DNA from: the human T2T-CHM13v2.0 reference genome, Homo sapiens | NCBI RefSeq assembly: GCF_009914755.1 | Contig: NC_060926.1 | Strand: one strand, 5' to 3' | DNA: 64,000 nucleotides | Part shown: piece by piece, positions 26,601 to 38,067 of the stretch | Layout of the letters: every line of letters starts with the position of its first letter | Numbering within the stretch: position 1 is the stretch's first letter | Translations under genes and position numbers: made by a program | The notes under the pieces: model-generated | Database searches by the model: none | What the model was told of the DNA's origin: nothing | Seen by the model: the letters and a program-made list of their open reading frames with translations, nothing else

Positions 26601-27670
26601 TACCAGTTCTCCATTGGATTGCATCAGAATGTCTGGGCTATTTGCAGGTAATGGGATCTCAGTTAAATCTTGGATTTTGCCTAAAACAGACATTATTTCT
26701 GAGTATTAAAATGTTAAATGTGTTGTGTGATTTAAAAAATATTTATGAAATCCAAACTCTTTCATTTATTAATGGCTGGTTAATGGTTTGTAAATAAAGC
26801 TCAACCTGTTAAGCCAAACAAACAAAAAATTAGCTTATTAGTTTGGAATGTAAATTGAGAACTCATTAACTGGCTACTGTTTTTCCTGCTGCTATATTTG
26901 GTCTTTAGTTAGCACATGGAGTGTATAGCAAGAATAGAGGAGGTTGGCTTTCCTGGTAAGAAAACGCATAAAACCTTTCAACTTTATTAAATCCTCCAAA
27001 TCTCTGCTATCCCCATCTGTTGCCATGTAGTATTACAGCATGTGCTATGCAGTGCAAAGACACAATGTTAACGGGGTTGAGAAAATGGGCTCATTCTTCC
27101 TTAGAAGCAAAAATCTGGCACTTTTCCTTGACCACAGAAAACACCAGAAATTCTTGGCCATCTACTTTGCAGATGCCAGCTACTGATTGTCAGTATGGTC
27201 AGGCAACAGCCTATGAGCGGCATTAACCAAATACATCACGACTAATGGAAAAACACTCAAAATGTATGCCACTGCTAAGGGTGTGTTAGTAATAACATTT
27301 TTGCACACAAACAACAGACACATTTATTACTTGACTTTTCATTCATTGACGAATCATTATGGGAAGGCACTAGATAGATGGGCATAGCATGCAAAAATAA
27401 ATATTTGTTCTCAGCTAGTCATTTCTTCTCGCTTTTGACTGCATTATCCTGTAACATCTGTTTCTCAAACAATGGTAGGTTATAGAATTATGACACAAAT
27501 ACTTAACAGAATTCCATTCCTCAGAGAAAAACAAAAAGCCTCAGGGCTCTGATTAGCTTTATTAGAGTGCTAGAAATAGGACTATATTACTGGAAAAACA
27601 CTTCGAGATACTGCTCTTTGAATCAGAATAATTAGTATCTGAAACAAGAGAACTATGTTGTCTTTCTAAA

Positions 27671-27717
27671 TGTTAACTCCAAAAATTCTGGAGTTAACAA
27701 AAATGTTAACTCCAGAA
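27671..27717. repeat. Direct-inverted-direct micro-triplication
   Basis: TGTTAACTCCA, then TTCTGGAGTTAACA (inverted), then TGTTAACTCCAGAA. Confidence 0.9.
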
Positions 27718-28081
27718 AATTGTGAGGTCCAAACCCTGCTGTCTTCACCATGATGATGGGCTGTGAGTCCTAATACAGTGTTCCTTTTGGAAATGACCAG
27801 AAGTAGAAGACAGGGCCTTGGATGTTAAACTCTAATTGAACCCAAGTCTCATAAGATTGATCTCCATTCTGTAATTTTAGGATTTGTCTTGTCGTTATCA
27901 TCCCTTTTATAATCAGCGTCAAATAAAATCTCCTGCTACTTTTACAAACATTCTGAAGTTGACGCATGCTAGCAAGTAAGCTTGTCAAACTTCAGAAATG
28001 CATCTACAGGAGAAATGTTGGGATTTTAAAAGCAAACACAGACTCCAATCTTTACCTTGGCAATCTTTAACTTGCCAAGTT

Positions 28082-28184
28082 ACTTACTGCATAGTATTAA
28101 CAACATTTATTCTACATAGCAAAGTCACCAGGCCTGCTTGCTCAGTGGATAGACTGAGCTTGGTAAGGAGTCCTCCGGTGCATC
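28082..28184. repeat. Local dispersed duplication, copy 1
   Basis: Matches 29630-29734; 58 bp identical core 28090-28147 = 29638-29695. Confidence 0.95.
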
Positions 28185-28557
28185 GGCTTAGCTGATCCTG
28201 GCATTCACAAAGTAGGAAGCTGACTGTGTATTTTGTGGGCTTCACCTTTTGCCTCGACCAGAAATCCTCACTATTAAAGCGTATTGTAAGATTCAGATAC
28301 AGAAGAAGAATGCCCCCCTGGGGACACATGGTCATACTAAGCTCCAGGGGACACTACTACAGTTACCCTGGGATAATAATGGATCCCAGAGGGTGTCTCA
28401 GTGGAAGATTGGGACAGGAAGGACCCATCTCAAAGTTAGGAGATCCATGCTAGGAGCCTGAAAGCTAGAGAGGTGGAAGGAAAATACCAAAGAAGATAGC
28501 CTGAGTCACCAGGATAGCTATTATACTATCAAGAGGCTCATAAATCTGCTCTTGAAA

Positions 28558-28750
28558 TAGAGTTGCCAGACTTAAATAAATATGCAGGATACACAGACAC
28601 TCCAATAAATTTGAATTTCAGATAAACAACAGATAATTTTTTAGTATAAGTATGTCCCATGCAATATTCGGGACATCTGTACATTAAAAACTCATGTTTA
28701 CCTGAAATTCAAATTTAAATAGGCATTTTGCATTTTATCTGGTCCCCTTA
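28558..28750. mobile_element. MER53 palindromic hAT MITE
   Basis: tagagttgccaga...aatttgaatttcagataaacaac...gtatgtcccatgcaatattcgggacat...tgaaattcaaattt...tatctggtcccctta. Confidence 0.9.
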
Positions 28751-28888
28751 CTCCTTGGAATGACTGATTTTCAGTCTGAGTTATATCTACATGCCTGGGT
28801 TTAGCAGAGCAGTGATTCTCTTAAGTGTAGTTCCTTCACCAGAAGCAGCAGTAGTAGCTAAGAAGCTGTTAGAAATGCAGATTATCCA

Positions 28889-29180
28889 GGCCAGGCGTGG
28901 TGGCTCACGCCCATAATTCCAACACTTTGGGAGGTCAAGACGGGTGGATTGCTTGAGGCCAGGAGTTCAAGACCAACCGGGCAACATGGCAAAACCCCAT
29001 CTCTACAAAAATTAGCTGGGTGTGGTGGCACATGCCTATAGTCCCAGGTGCTAGGGAGGCTGAGTTGGGAGGATCACTTGAGCCTGGGAAGTCAAGGCTG
29101 CAGTGAACTATGATTAGGCCACTGAATTTCAGCCTAGGTGGTAGAGCAAGACCCTGTCTTGGAAAAAAAAAAAAAAAGAA
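28889..29180 (+). mobile_element. AluJ
   Basis: ggaggatcacttgagcctgggaagtcaaggctgcagtg; A tail. Confidence 0.93.
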
Positions 29181-29186
29181 GACAAA

Positions 29187-29502
29187 GGCCTGGCACAGTG
29201 GCTAATGCCTATATGCCCATAATCCCAAGCATTTTGGGAGGCCAAGCCAGGAGGATCACCTGAGGTCGGGAGTTGAAGACCAGCCTGGCCAAGATGGCAA
29301 AATCCTGTCTCTACTAAAAGTACAAAAATTAGCCAGCCATGGTAGAGTGCACCTGTAATCCCAGCTACTCAGGAGGCTAAGGCAGGAGACCCAGGAACCA
29401 GAGGCTGCAGTGAGCCAAGAATGTGCCATTGCACTCTAGCCTGGGCAACAGAGTGAGACTCTGTCTCAAAAAAAAAAAAAAAGAAAGAAAGAAAGAAAGA
29501 AA
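29187..29502 (+). mobile_element. AluS inserted in the tail of the preceding Alu
   Basis: ggatcacctgaggtcgggagtt; A tail followed by (GAAA)n. Confidence 0.93.
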
Positions 29503-29629
29503 CGCAAATTCTCATTCCCATAGCAGACCTACTCCAGGGGTAGGGTCCAGCAATTATACCAAAATCTCTGGGAGATTCTACTGTACACTCAAGTTGGAGA
29601 AAGCGAGCATTAGAAGCCCTAGAAACAGC

Positions 29630-29734
29630 ACTTAGTACATAGTATTAACAACATTTATTCTACATAGCAAAGTCACCAGGCCTGCTTGCTCAGTGAACAG
29701 ACTGAGATTGATAAGGAGTCCTCTCTGGTACACC
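29630..29734. repeat. Local dispersed duplication, copy 2
   Basis: See 28082-28184; offset 1548 bp, same orientation. Confidence 0.95.
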
Positions 29735-30547
29735 AGAACTGTAGAGGTTAGGAGAGATAAAATGAATAAAAGATAACCTGATTGAAGGAGAAAGGGAGTC
29801 AGGAACAATCCCAGGTACATCGGCGGTATTGAAAACGCTATTTGATTCTCCACTTCTGTGTATTCTGGCTGTGCTCATTAGGTTTGGTTTCTGCCATTTC
29901 CTAGTTCCCTCCAGCAACTATTAGTAAGACTGTTATAATAAAGAGTTTGCAAGCTTATCTTCAGGGACACTGAAGATGGAAACACCAGCCATTTTTGAAG
30001 GGAGAGTGACTTAATAGAAAAAAAAAAAAAATGAAGTCTTGGGCCTGGGGCAAAAAAAAGGAAATAGCCTCCAAGGACCTACAAATAAGCCCTGGAGGAT
30101 TCCAAGCAGAAAGATGCTTGCTTTCCTGGCAGGAGTACGGTGCTGAGCCTTAAGGCTAGCTTTCTCCGCTCACTGTCATGCTTAGGGAGGAAACACCGCG
30201 CAGCCCCTCCCTGTGAATCCCGCAGTGTGCCAGCGTGTTGCAGTGAATGGGGAGAAGGCCAGGCTAGTGCCTCTGTCTAACCATGATCCCATAATCTGGT
30301 TCAAGCTACCTGACAAGACTGTTCCAGAACATCTGTGGTGTCTGCCTGGGTCGGTCCCTTCCCCACACCAGCTTCCCAGAAGGCTGACCTGGCTGCAAAC
30401 CCTCCCCCTCCTCCTAACTAGCAAAACTTGATTCTCATTTAAGCTAAAGACGTAAAGCTCTCTTCTTACTTTGGAAATGCAGAGGGAAGGAACTCAATGT
30501 ATCTTAACTGACTCTTAAATTCATCTGTTCTTTGCTTAAGTAGAACG

Positions 30548-30745
30548 ATGCAGTGTAGCCTAGTGGTTAAGGGCACAAGCTCCCCAGCCTTGCTCTGCAC
30601 TTGGCAACTCTGCCTGTTTTCTCTCTGTAGATAATCATATCACCTGTCTTTGTGTACTGCTGTGAGGATTAAATAATCAATGCATCTAAAGTTTAAAACA
30701 ATACCCGGCTCACAGAAAGGGCTCAATAAGTGTTAGCTATTATTT
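30548..30745 (+). mobile_element. MIR
   Basis: gcagtgtagcctagtggttaaggg...tgtgaggattaaat...gctcaataagtgttagctattatt. Confidence 0.75.
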
Positions 30746-30877
30746 TTACTAATTATTACTACTGCCACTAGTATCACCATTGCCAATTGAAGTCATATTC
30801 CCTGGATTCAGTGTTTGGATCGGAAGGAAGAAAAGAGTTCTATAACATCAGGGAGATAAAACACTTAGTTCTCTAGG

Positions 30878-31062
30878 CTGTGCTCCCCAAAATTGTTCTG
30901 TGCTTCCTAAGAATCAACTTAGAAGCTTATTATATATACAAATTCTGGGTCTCCATGTCACAGCTCTGATTTGGCCAGCACCACGTGGAGCCCCAGAATC
31001 TGCATGTGTAATAAGTACTCTCGGAGTGTCTGATGGTTTCTGAGGTTCAGGAACCACTGCTC
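30878..31062. mobile_element. MER5-like MITE
   Basis: ccccagaatctgcatgtgtaataagtactc...tctgatgg...aggaaccactgct. Confidence 0.6.
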
Positions 31063-31261
31063 TGGGAGAGGGCATTTCTCAAACCACAGGTGACCGCAGC
31101 TTTCCTGAATGACACATTCTTCCATTCCATCAATGTCTTCCTTCCACTTCAAGTTAACCTCTTGAAAAGTTAATTGATGCAAAGTATGAAATGATGTATT
31201 ATGAGACTCTCAGCTCTGTTGGCATCCAGAGAGGCTATTTCACCATAGTGATGAAAGAGCA

Positions 31262-31690
31262 GTAATAATAGCTGCATGTGTTGAGAATTTACAGTATGCC
31301 AGGCACTGTACCAGGCAGCTTTTATACATGACATCTATCCTTTATAGGAAAGTAGTAGTATTCTCATTTTACAAATGAGAAAACAGGAAGACCAAGAAGT
31401 TAAGCATTTTGCCAAGGTCATTCTACTGTGAAATGACATAGCCAAGATTCAGGTCTGTAAGACAATAAAGCTGAGGTATTTTCCTCCATTCCAGTAGCTC
31501 TCAATCATTATAGTGTGTGGCATGGGAAGAGGGGAGTCACTTGAAAAACTCTCTAAAAAGTCAGATTCCTGGGCCCAAAACACAAAGATGCTGGTTCAAT
31601 AAGTCCAGTTGGGGCCTAGAAACCTGCGTTTTAATAGGCAGCCCATTTAATTCTGATGCAGGTGGTTTAGCTTACATTTTGAGAAGCAGT
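31262..31690. mobile_element. MIR followed by MER5B-like MITE
   Basis: MIR core ctcattttacaaatgagaaaaca...gccaaggtca; then cagattcctgggccc...ttctgatgcaggtgg...ttttgagaagca. Confidence 0.6.
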
Positions 31691-32807
31691 ACTCAATACA
31701 ATTTATCTCACCTTGATTTAAAATCCCTTCAATTCTGGTGAATATAAAAGAGGTTCAAATAAGTCCAAGAATTTCCTAGAATGATAGTTTCATGTTAATT
31801 TGTAAATGTTTAAATAAAAGTTATGTGATTAGCACTTGCTTTGAAGAAATCTTAACTTTTGTTATCTCCTCAAATGGCAGCAGATAAATAACCAAGCTCC
31901 CTTTTGGATTATGTCTGCAATAGAGATACTACTCTGAGGAAGATTAATTGTCTTCAAAGGGCTCTTGTTGTTGCTTTTTGTTTTCTAGCCATGGTGCCTA
32001 GATGAAATATACTTCCTTTTACATTATCTTGAAAGTAGAAATTATGTTCAGGTTCATGAGTGGAAGACACAGACTTTCCCATTTTTCTTTATTCTAAAAT
32101 AACTACAAAAATCCTTTAAACATCTGCAGTGCAGACAAGTAGAAAATTACTAACATTTACAACACAGTGTACAATAATATCAATTATAAAGTTTATGCAC
32201 AGAACCAGAAAAACAATGACTTCACTTAATCTCAAAACCCAGATATAATCTTGATACGAGTCCCCTGTACAGGTTGGTTGTGAACATTTGCTCCAGGCCA
32301 CAGAACATTAGTTCCCTTTCTAGAAAGCACAGGCTACATGCCTGACCCATAGTCCCAGGAAGGCAGAGGGGACCCTTGTCACAAATCAGCTGAGTGAGGA
32401 AAAAACTTGAGTTGTGACAGAGACTCAAAATTGAAAGAATGCCAAAATATCCCATTCTGAGATAAGTGCGAAGAGACAGCTCTCTCCTGCATGTTGCCCT
32501 CAAAAGCATCAAAATGGGCAGGCCAGATAGATGGAAAGAGGCCTTAGTCAGCTCTCTTAACCTTTCCAAGCCTCAGTTTCCTCATCTGTAAATTGGCTGT
32601 AGGAGACGGGGGACACAAGAGACAATTCCTTTCTAATGGAGTTGTTATAAGGATTATATGAGTTCATTTTTATGCAGTTCTTACCACAGTGCCCAGTAAA
32701 ATGGCGTGTAGAAAATACTCAAAAAATATTGCAATTATTAATTTTCCAACAACAAATAAGTTAGAAATACTAAAAAGGCTGCAGGACATAGTAAAAAGGA
32801 AAGGGAA

Positions 32808-33185
32808 TGTATTAGTCCGTTCTCACATTGCTGTAAAGAACTACCTGAGACTGGGTAGTTTACAAAGAAAAGAGATTTAATTGACTCACAGTTCTGCAGG
32901 CTGTGCAGAAGGGATGGCTGGGGAGGCCTCAGGAAACTCACAGTCAAGGCAGAAGGCAAAGGGGAAGTAGGCACATCTTCACATGGCAACAGGAGAGAAA
33001 GAGTGAAGAGGGAAGTGCTACACACCTTTAAACAACCAGATCTTGTGAGAACTCACTATCAGGAGAACAACATGAGGGAAATCTGCACCCGTGATCCAAT
33101 CACCTCCCACTAGGCCCCTCCTCCAATACTGAAGATCTTAATTCAACATGAGATTTAGGTGGGGACACAGAGCCAAACTATATCA
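32808..33185 (-). mobile_element. MSTA/THE1D-type MaLR solo LTR
   Basis: tgtattagtccgttctcacattgct ... agccaaactatatca; TSD gggaa/gggag. Confidence 0.92.
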
Positions 33186-34139
33186 GGGAGATGGTCAAAT
33201 AGTGTTTTCAGTAGTCTTTTAACAGTCATTACATTACTCACGTTAGCGAAGTGCCTCGGTTTAAAATAAATAGCTGCACAACCTGATCATAAAGAAGTAC
33301 TATATGATCATTTGCAGAGGAGGCAATCTGGTGAGTACACCTTTCACTAATGTTTCAGGCAACAAATTTTACCTAAATACAAATGAGTTCACATCAGGCT
33401 CTTCTAAGGTGTCAATGTTCCCTGCTACAGAAAAGCTAAGGAAATCTGTCTGTGTTCTTTTTGTAACAAATGCCTGCTAATCGAAAGTAAAAGACTCTCT
33501 CAGGCTTTACTTCTCAGGTACAAAGCACTATTTCTCTGATTAATGATCCAGATATCTGCAGTAACTGCAAAGCGAACGTTCTCTAGTTCTAACAGAGTCA
33601 GCTACCTCTGCCCAGGTGTTAAGCCCGTGCCCTCATCCTGGGGGGTGTTTGGTAATTAGCAGTGCCAGCAGGTGTTTGCACTTGCTGCTGTTCCTGGTAG
33701 TTAAGCATATGTGTCAGGTCCCTGTTGCAGGGAGAAGAAAAGGGGAAATAAATGATTCACCCTAGCTCCAGCAAGGTCAGCTCCTTCCAGAAGAAAAAAC
33801 AGACTTTTTGTCTCTGCATCAAGCACTCTCCTTGTTCATCCTCTAAAATCCTCAGCTAATTTTGAAGTTAGCATTGGCACTTGCTCCTGCTTTCATTTAG
33901 CAATACCTCTTTAGGATGGCTCTCTCCAAATGGCTCTCTTGAAATTTGCTGTGCTCTGGGCCTTTATGACCTGATTTTCTGCAATTAAAATTCCTCTTTC
34001 TTGAAATGTACCACATTCTCTCCAACTCTACTCCCTGACTGTCAAGGGATTGCTTAGCCAGGCTAATAAGGAATTTTGCTAAGGGATGATGAGTGCCCGA
34101 GTGTTGTGGGAAAAAGATTTTATTCCACATTAACCTTGC

Positions 34140-34331
34140 TCCCACAAAATATACTCAGATGACTGGCTCTGTGTAGGGTCTGGAGGAAGCAAGATTTGTA
34201 GCATTTGCCAATTTCCATGGTGTAAATTCTCCCACATGGCCAATGCCAAGGTACCAACATGGCAGAGCTAGGAAGAGATCCACAGAATCGGCTCTCATAT
34301 ATTGGTATGAGTGCACTCCAGCACACCCCTG
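34140..34331 (-). mobile_element. MER63 (hAT-Blackjack) fragment
   Basis: gatttgtagcatttgccaatttccatggtgtaaat...aatcggctctc...ctccagcacacc. Confidence 0.7.
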
Positions 34332-35397
34332 GCTCCTGCAGGATTCACAGTGATTTCCTAAGTGTCATGATTCCCAGGAAGTGAGAATATTATGACTAGA
34401 TGTGGTTGATTTAAGAGACATTTTAAGGCAAAAAGGGGTCACATGGAATATTTAAGATTGCATTGCAGACTTCTGCAAGATAGCAAAATAAACTCACATG
34501 TTTAATTCGTCTCCTTCCAGACAGCCTCTTAAAAAAAAAAAAAACTAAATGATAAAAAATGTATAAACCTACAGCAAGAAACGAGGGGAGGAAAGCCATC
34601 AGAGGATGATAGATTTTGGCAAATTTCTGTGAGACAGAAAGCAGATGGAGCGGTGACAGATAACACAGGGCCGAGGCAGCCGCCCCAGAAACACTTGCAG
34701 AAAGGACACCGATGGAAACCTGATCTGGCTTGCCCAGAGCTCTACACTCTGGGAAGACAAAGACTGTGGAATGGGTGAGGAAAGGAACTAAAAGTCACAA
34801 GGAGTATTGGGAAGTCACATGGTTCATGCTATCGGAAATGCTTGGTACCTGCTGGATGACAAATAATGGGGTGAAAACATCTAGAGGGAAACCCCGCAAA
34901 TCTGGGGAGGTTTGAACTACATAACTCTTCAAGATCCCTGGAATTCCAACCAGATGAACATCCTCAGAGACTCCACCCTAGCGATTCAGATCAATCACCA
35001 AGTGTTGGAGTATCTAGTTCTACCCAGCCTTGGGAGGCCTCTCAAATGCATATATATATATCAGTCAACGAGCAACTGTGTTAGTGTGTGCTTACTGCAA
35101 GAGCAGCCTAAATACTTTGTACTGAGCAAGGTGTCACCTGATACTTCAACAGAGAAGAATATGGGAGCAGACAATTGAGACATTTAGCCTACTTAGTATT
35201 TTGAGAAACACAAACTTGAGGTGGCAGATGACTCTGCTGTCAGGTAAAAGGCTGTGACCCTGAAGAACTTGCTTATTTCACAAACATTCTCATCTCAAAG
35301 TCTATATAAGCACCCTGTGCATCCATTAAACAAATATAGGTGCACCTACTAAGTACCAGTTCTCTGCTACATGTTGAGGAGACAAAGAGATGAGTCA

Positions 35398-35705
35398 GGC
35401 TGGGCGCAGTGGCTCATGTCTGTAATCCCAGCACCTTGTGAGGCTGAGAAGAGAGGATTGCTTGAGGCCAGGAGTTCGAGAACAGCCTGGGCAACAAAGT
35501 GAGACACCAACTTTACAAGAAACATAAAAAATTGGTGGCATGTGCCTGTAGTCCCTACTTGGGAGGCTGAGGTAGGAAGATAGCTTGAGCCCAGGAGTTA
35601 CAGTTTGCAGTGAGCTAGGATGATGCCACTGCACTCCAGCCTGGGTGATGGTGTGAGATACTGTCTTTAAAAAATAAAACTTAAAAATGAAAAATTTAAA
35701 AAAAT
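35398..35705 (+). mobile_element. AluJ
   Basis: ggattgcttgaggccaggagttcgag...gcttgagcccaggagtt; degenerate A-rich tail. Confidence 0.92.
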
Positions 35706-35920
35706 AATCAGGTAAGGTTTGACCTGAATTTGCTTTCATAGAGCAGGAGCAATAAAATTTGTCTCCATATAACTGTGAGGACACAGGAGCCAACAGTGCC
35801 ATGAGAGAGGAAGAGGGTGGCAAGGCGGTTCCTAAGGGAGATGGAATATTTCCAGCTGGGAGTGGGGGACATTGGGATGCCAGGGATGCCAGACAAAACA
35901 CAGGACACACATGTAAATCT

Positions 35921-36513
35921 GTTTTTTGGCTTTAAAGATTTATTTGGGGGAGGGGACATCACACTTCTACTCAGTGAAAAGAAACATCCAGAGGTCTTTT
36001 ATTTTTTTTACGTCTATTATGCAATGACTCCAGAGGGAAGAGGTTCCAGCAGCTCAGGCTCCTTCCCATTGGTTCTTACACAGTGTTCTCTAATGGAGCA
36101 GGCTGGCGCTTCAGTCAAACCCAGGTACCTTTCTCTTTGGCTTCCTTGTTTTTCTGATCATTTTCCTTCACACATTTCAGGAAGCTATCTTGACTCTCAG
36201 AGTGCTTAACGTGCACAATCTACACATCAATTCTCTTGGCAAGAATCTTGCCCCTACCTTGTTTATTTACAAAAATGCCAACAGCATGCTGGGTAGTATT
36301 GTAGACTCTTCCAGTTTTGCCATGGTAACACTTGTGGGGCCTTCCTTTTTGGACAGTACCCATTCCCTTGATGTCTACAATATTACCTTTCTTATAAGAG
36401 CAACTCAATATTTTCTGAAAGGCCTGGAGGACATCTATCAGGTGCCTCTCCTCTTTCCCTCTACGTTCATCACTTTGGCAAATTACTGAAAGATGGCAGT
36501 TCCAGCCAAAAGG
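35921..36513 (-). pseudogene. RPL21: RPL21 (60S ribosomal protein L21) processed pseudogene, full length
   Basis: ORF 36220-36408 reads [52 protein letters not shown]; intronless; 5' UTR cctttt..ggaactgccatctttcagtaat; start ATG>GTG at 36473; stop at 36017-36019; premature stops and a ~20 bp deletion near 36395. Symbol is that of the parent gene. Confidence 0.96.
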
Positions 36514-36560
36514 CCCAGTTAAATTTTAATTTCAGATAAACAACAAATATTTTTTCAGTA
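36514..36560. mobile_element. MER53 fragment (its start lies at ~35881-35920, across the pseudogene)
   Basis: cccagttaaattttaatttcagataaacaacaaatatttttt matches the MER53 at 28558; cagggatgccagacaaaacacaggac on the other side matches the MER53 terminus. Confidence 0.7.
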
Positions 36561-36740
36561 AAACCTTGAAAACCACTGTGGCTTGGTTTATAGGGCAGGT
36601 AGGATATACATTGTCATGGAGACTGGGGACAATGCATTCCAGGAAAATAGGAAATACAGTTAGTTTTTCCATTTTTGAGTTAAATATCACCTTCCCATAA
36701 GAGTCTTCTCTGATTTCCGTGTTTAAAATCTCAACCTCCT

Positions 36741-37046
36741 GGCCAGGCATGGTGGCTCACGCCTGTAATCCCAGCAGTTTGGGAGGCTGAGGTGGATCAC
36801 TTGAGGTTAGGAGTTTGAGACCAGCCTGGCCAACATGGTGAAACCCCACCTCTACTAAAAATACCAAAAAAAGAAAAAAAAAAAACCAGGCATTGTGGTG
36901 CATGCCTGTAATCCCAGCTACTCGGTAGGCTGAGGCAGGAGAATCACTTGAGCCCAGGAAGCGGAGGTTGTGGTGAGCCAAGTTCCTGCCACCACACTCC
37001 AGCCTGGGCGACAGAGTGAGACGCCATCTCACAAAAAAAAACACAG
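36741..37046 (+). mobile_element. AluS inside an L2 3' end
   Basis: TSD aaatctcaacctcct / aaatctcaccctcct; L2 tail tgaatgaatga near 37250. Confidence 0.95.
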
Positions 37047-37707
37047 AAATCTCACCCTCCTGTTCCTGCAGTATTTTTCTCCATAGCATTCCTCACTACA
37101 TGACATATCATGTCTTTGTTTGTTTATTGTTTCTCTCTCCCTTCCAGAATATTAGTGCAGGAAAAGTTGTCTATGTTTGTTCACTATTATATTCCTATGC
37201 CTCCAACAATGCATGGAATAAAGTAGGTGCTCAAAAGATATTTTTGACTGAATGAATGACAAATGAACAAGTAAATAAACAAAATTGGCAAGACTAATTT
37301 TTTTCCTCGTGACTGACACTGGAAAAATACTTAGTTTGTGTTTGTTGAAACGTGAAAACACTAATACAATCCCAACCCTGATGTGGCATTCAAACTGAAT
37401 GGGGACAGAAAAAGACGGTAACAGAAGAAACTACGGGATCTTAAAGAAACATGAATTTAACCAAGAATCACAAATAGTGTATGCAAAACCTGTTTCACTT
37501 CTGCCAAGCCAGGGGCTGTTGCAGTGATTGTAGAACTCAGGTCAGCAACTGAATCACTCTGAGAGGTTGGACTTGGGCAATGATCTCACTGGCCAAGAAG
37601 GAGGCAGAGTCTCTAGCCCCTCTCAGCATCCAGAACAGTCTAATTCCTTGCCCGGGGAACCACTTTCCTCCACAGACCACATGTCCTCAGAAGGCAAACA
37701 CCACCAC

Positions 37708-38067
37708 TGTATTAGTCCGTTTTCACACTGCTATAAAGATATACCGGAGGCTGGGTAATTTATAAAGAAAGGTTTAATTGCCTCAAAGTTCTGCATGGCT
37801 AGGAAGGCCTCAGGAAACACAATCATGGTGGAGGTGGAAGCAGGCATGTCTTACACGGCAGCAGGCCAGAGAGCATGTGACAGAAGCATAAGGGGAAGAG
37901 CCCCCCCAAAACCATCAGATCTCATGAGAACTCACTCACTATCATGAGAACAGCATGGGGGAAACTGCAACTATGATCCAGTCACCTCCCACCAGGTCCC
38001 TCCCTCAACACCTGGGGATTGCGATTCAAGATGAGATTTGGGTGGGGTACAAAGCCAAACCATTTCA
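37708..38067 (-). mobile_element. THE1D/MSTA-type solo LTR
   Basis: tgtattagtccgttttcacactgctataaaga ... agccaaaccatttca; perfect TSD accac. Confidence 0.93.

Larger units (their letters stand above)
28809..29608. mobile_element. MER5A split by two tandem Alus
   Basis: gcagtgattctc...gttagaaatgcagatt at 28809-28887 resumes as agaaacgcaaattctc...gtacactcaagttggaga at ~29498-29608. Confidence 0.7.

Noticed and set aside
28135-28165. Iron-responsive element or SECIS in the duplicated hairpin
   Set aside because: CAGTG sits in the stem, not in a loop closed by a 5 bp stem and C bulge; no SECIS core geometry
29630-29734. Retrotransposed copy of a transcript 3' end
   Set aside because: Similarity ends ~20 nt after a minus-strand AATAAA, but neither copy has a poly-A tail or TSD
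35395-35910. 171 aa minus-strand ORF and similar ORFs at 36757, 40590, 40633, 45744 and 56388
   Set aside because: Antisense Alu read-through peptides ([14 protein letters not shown] motifs), not genes
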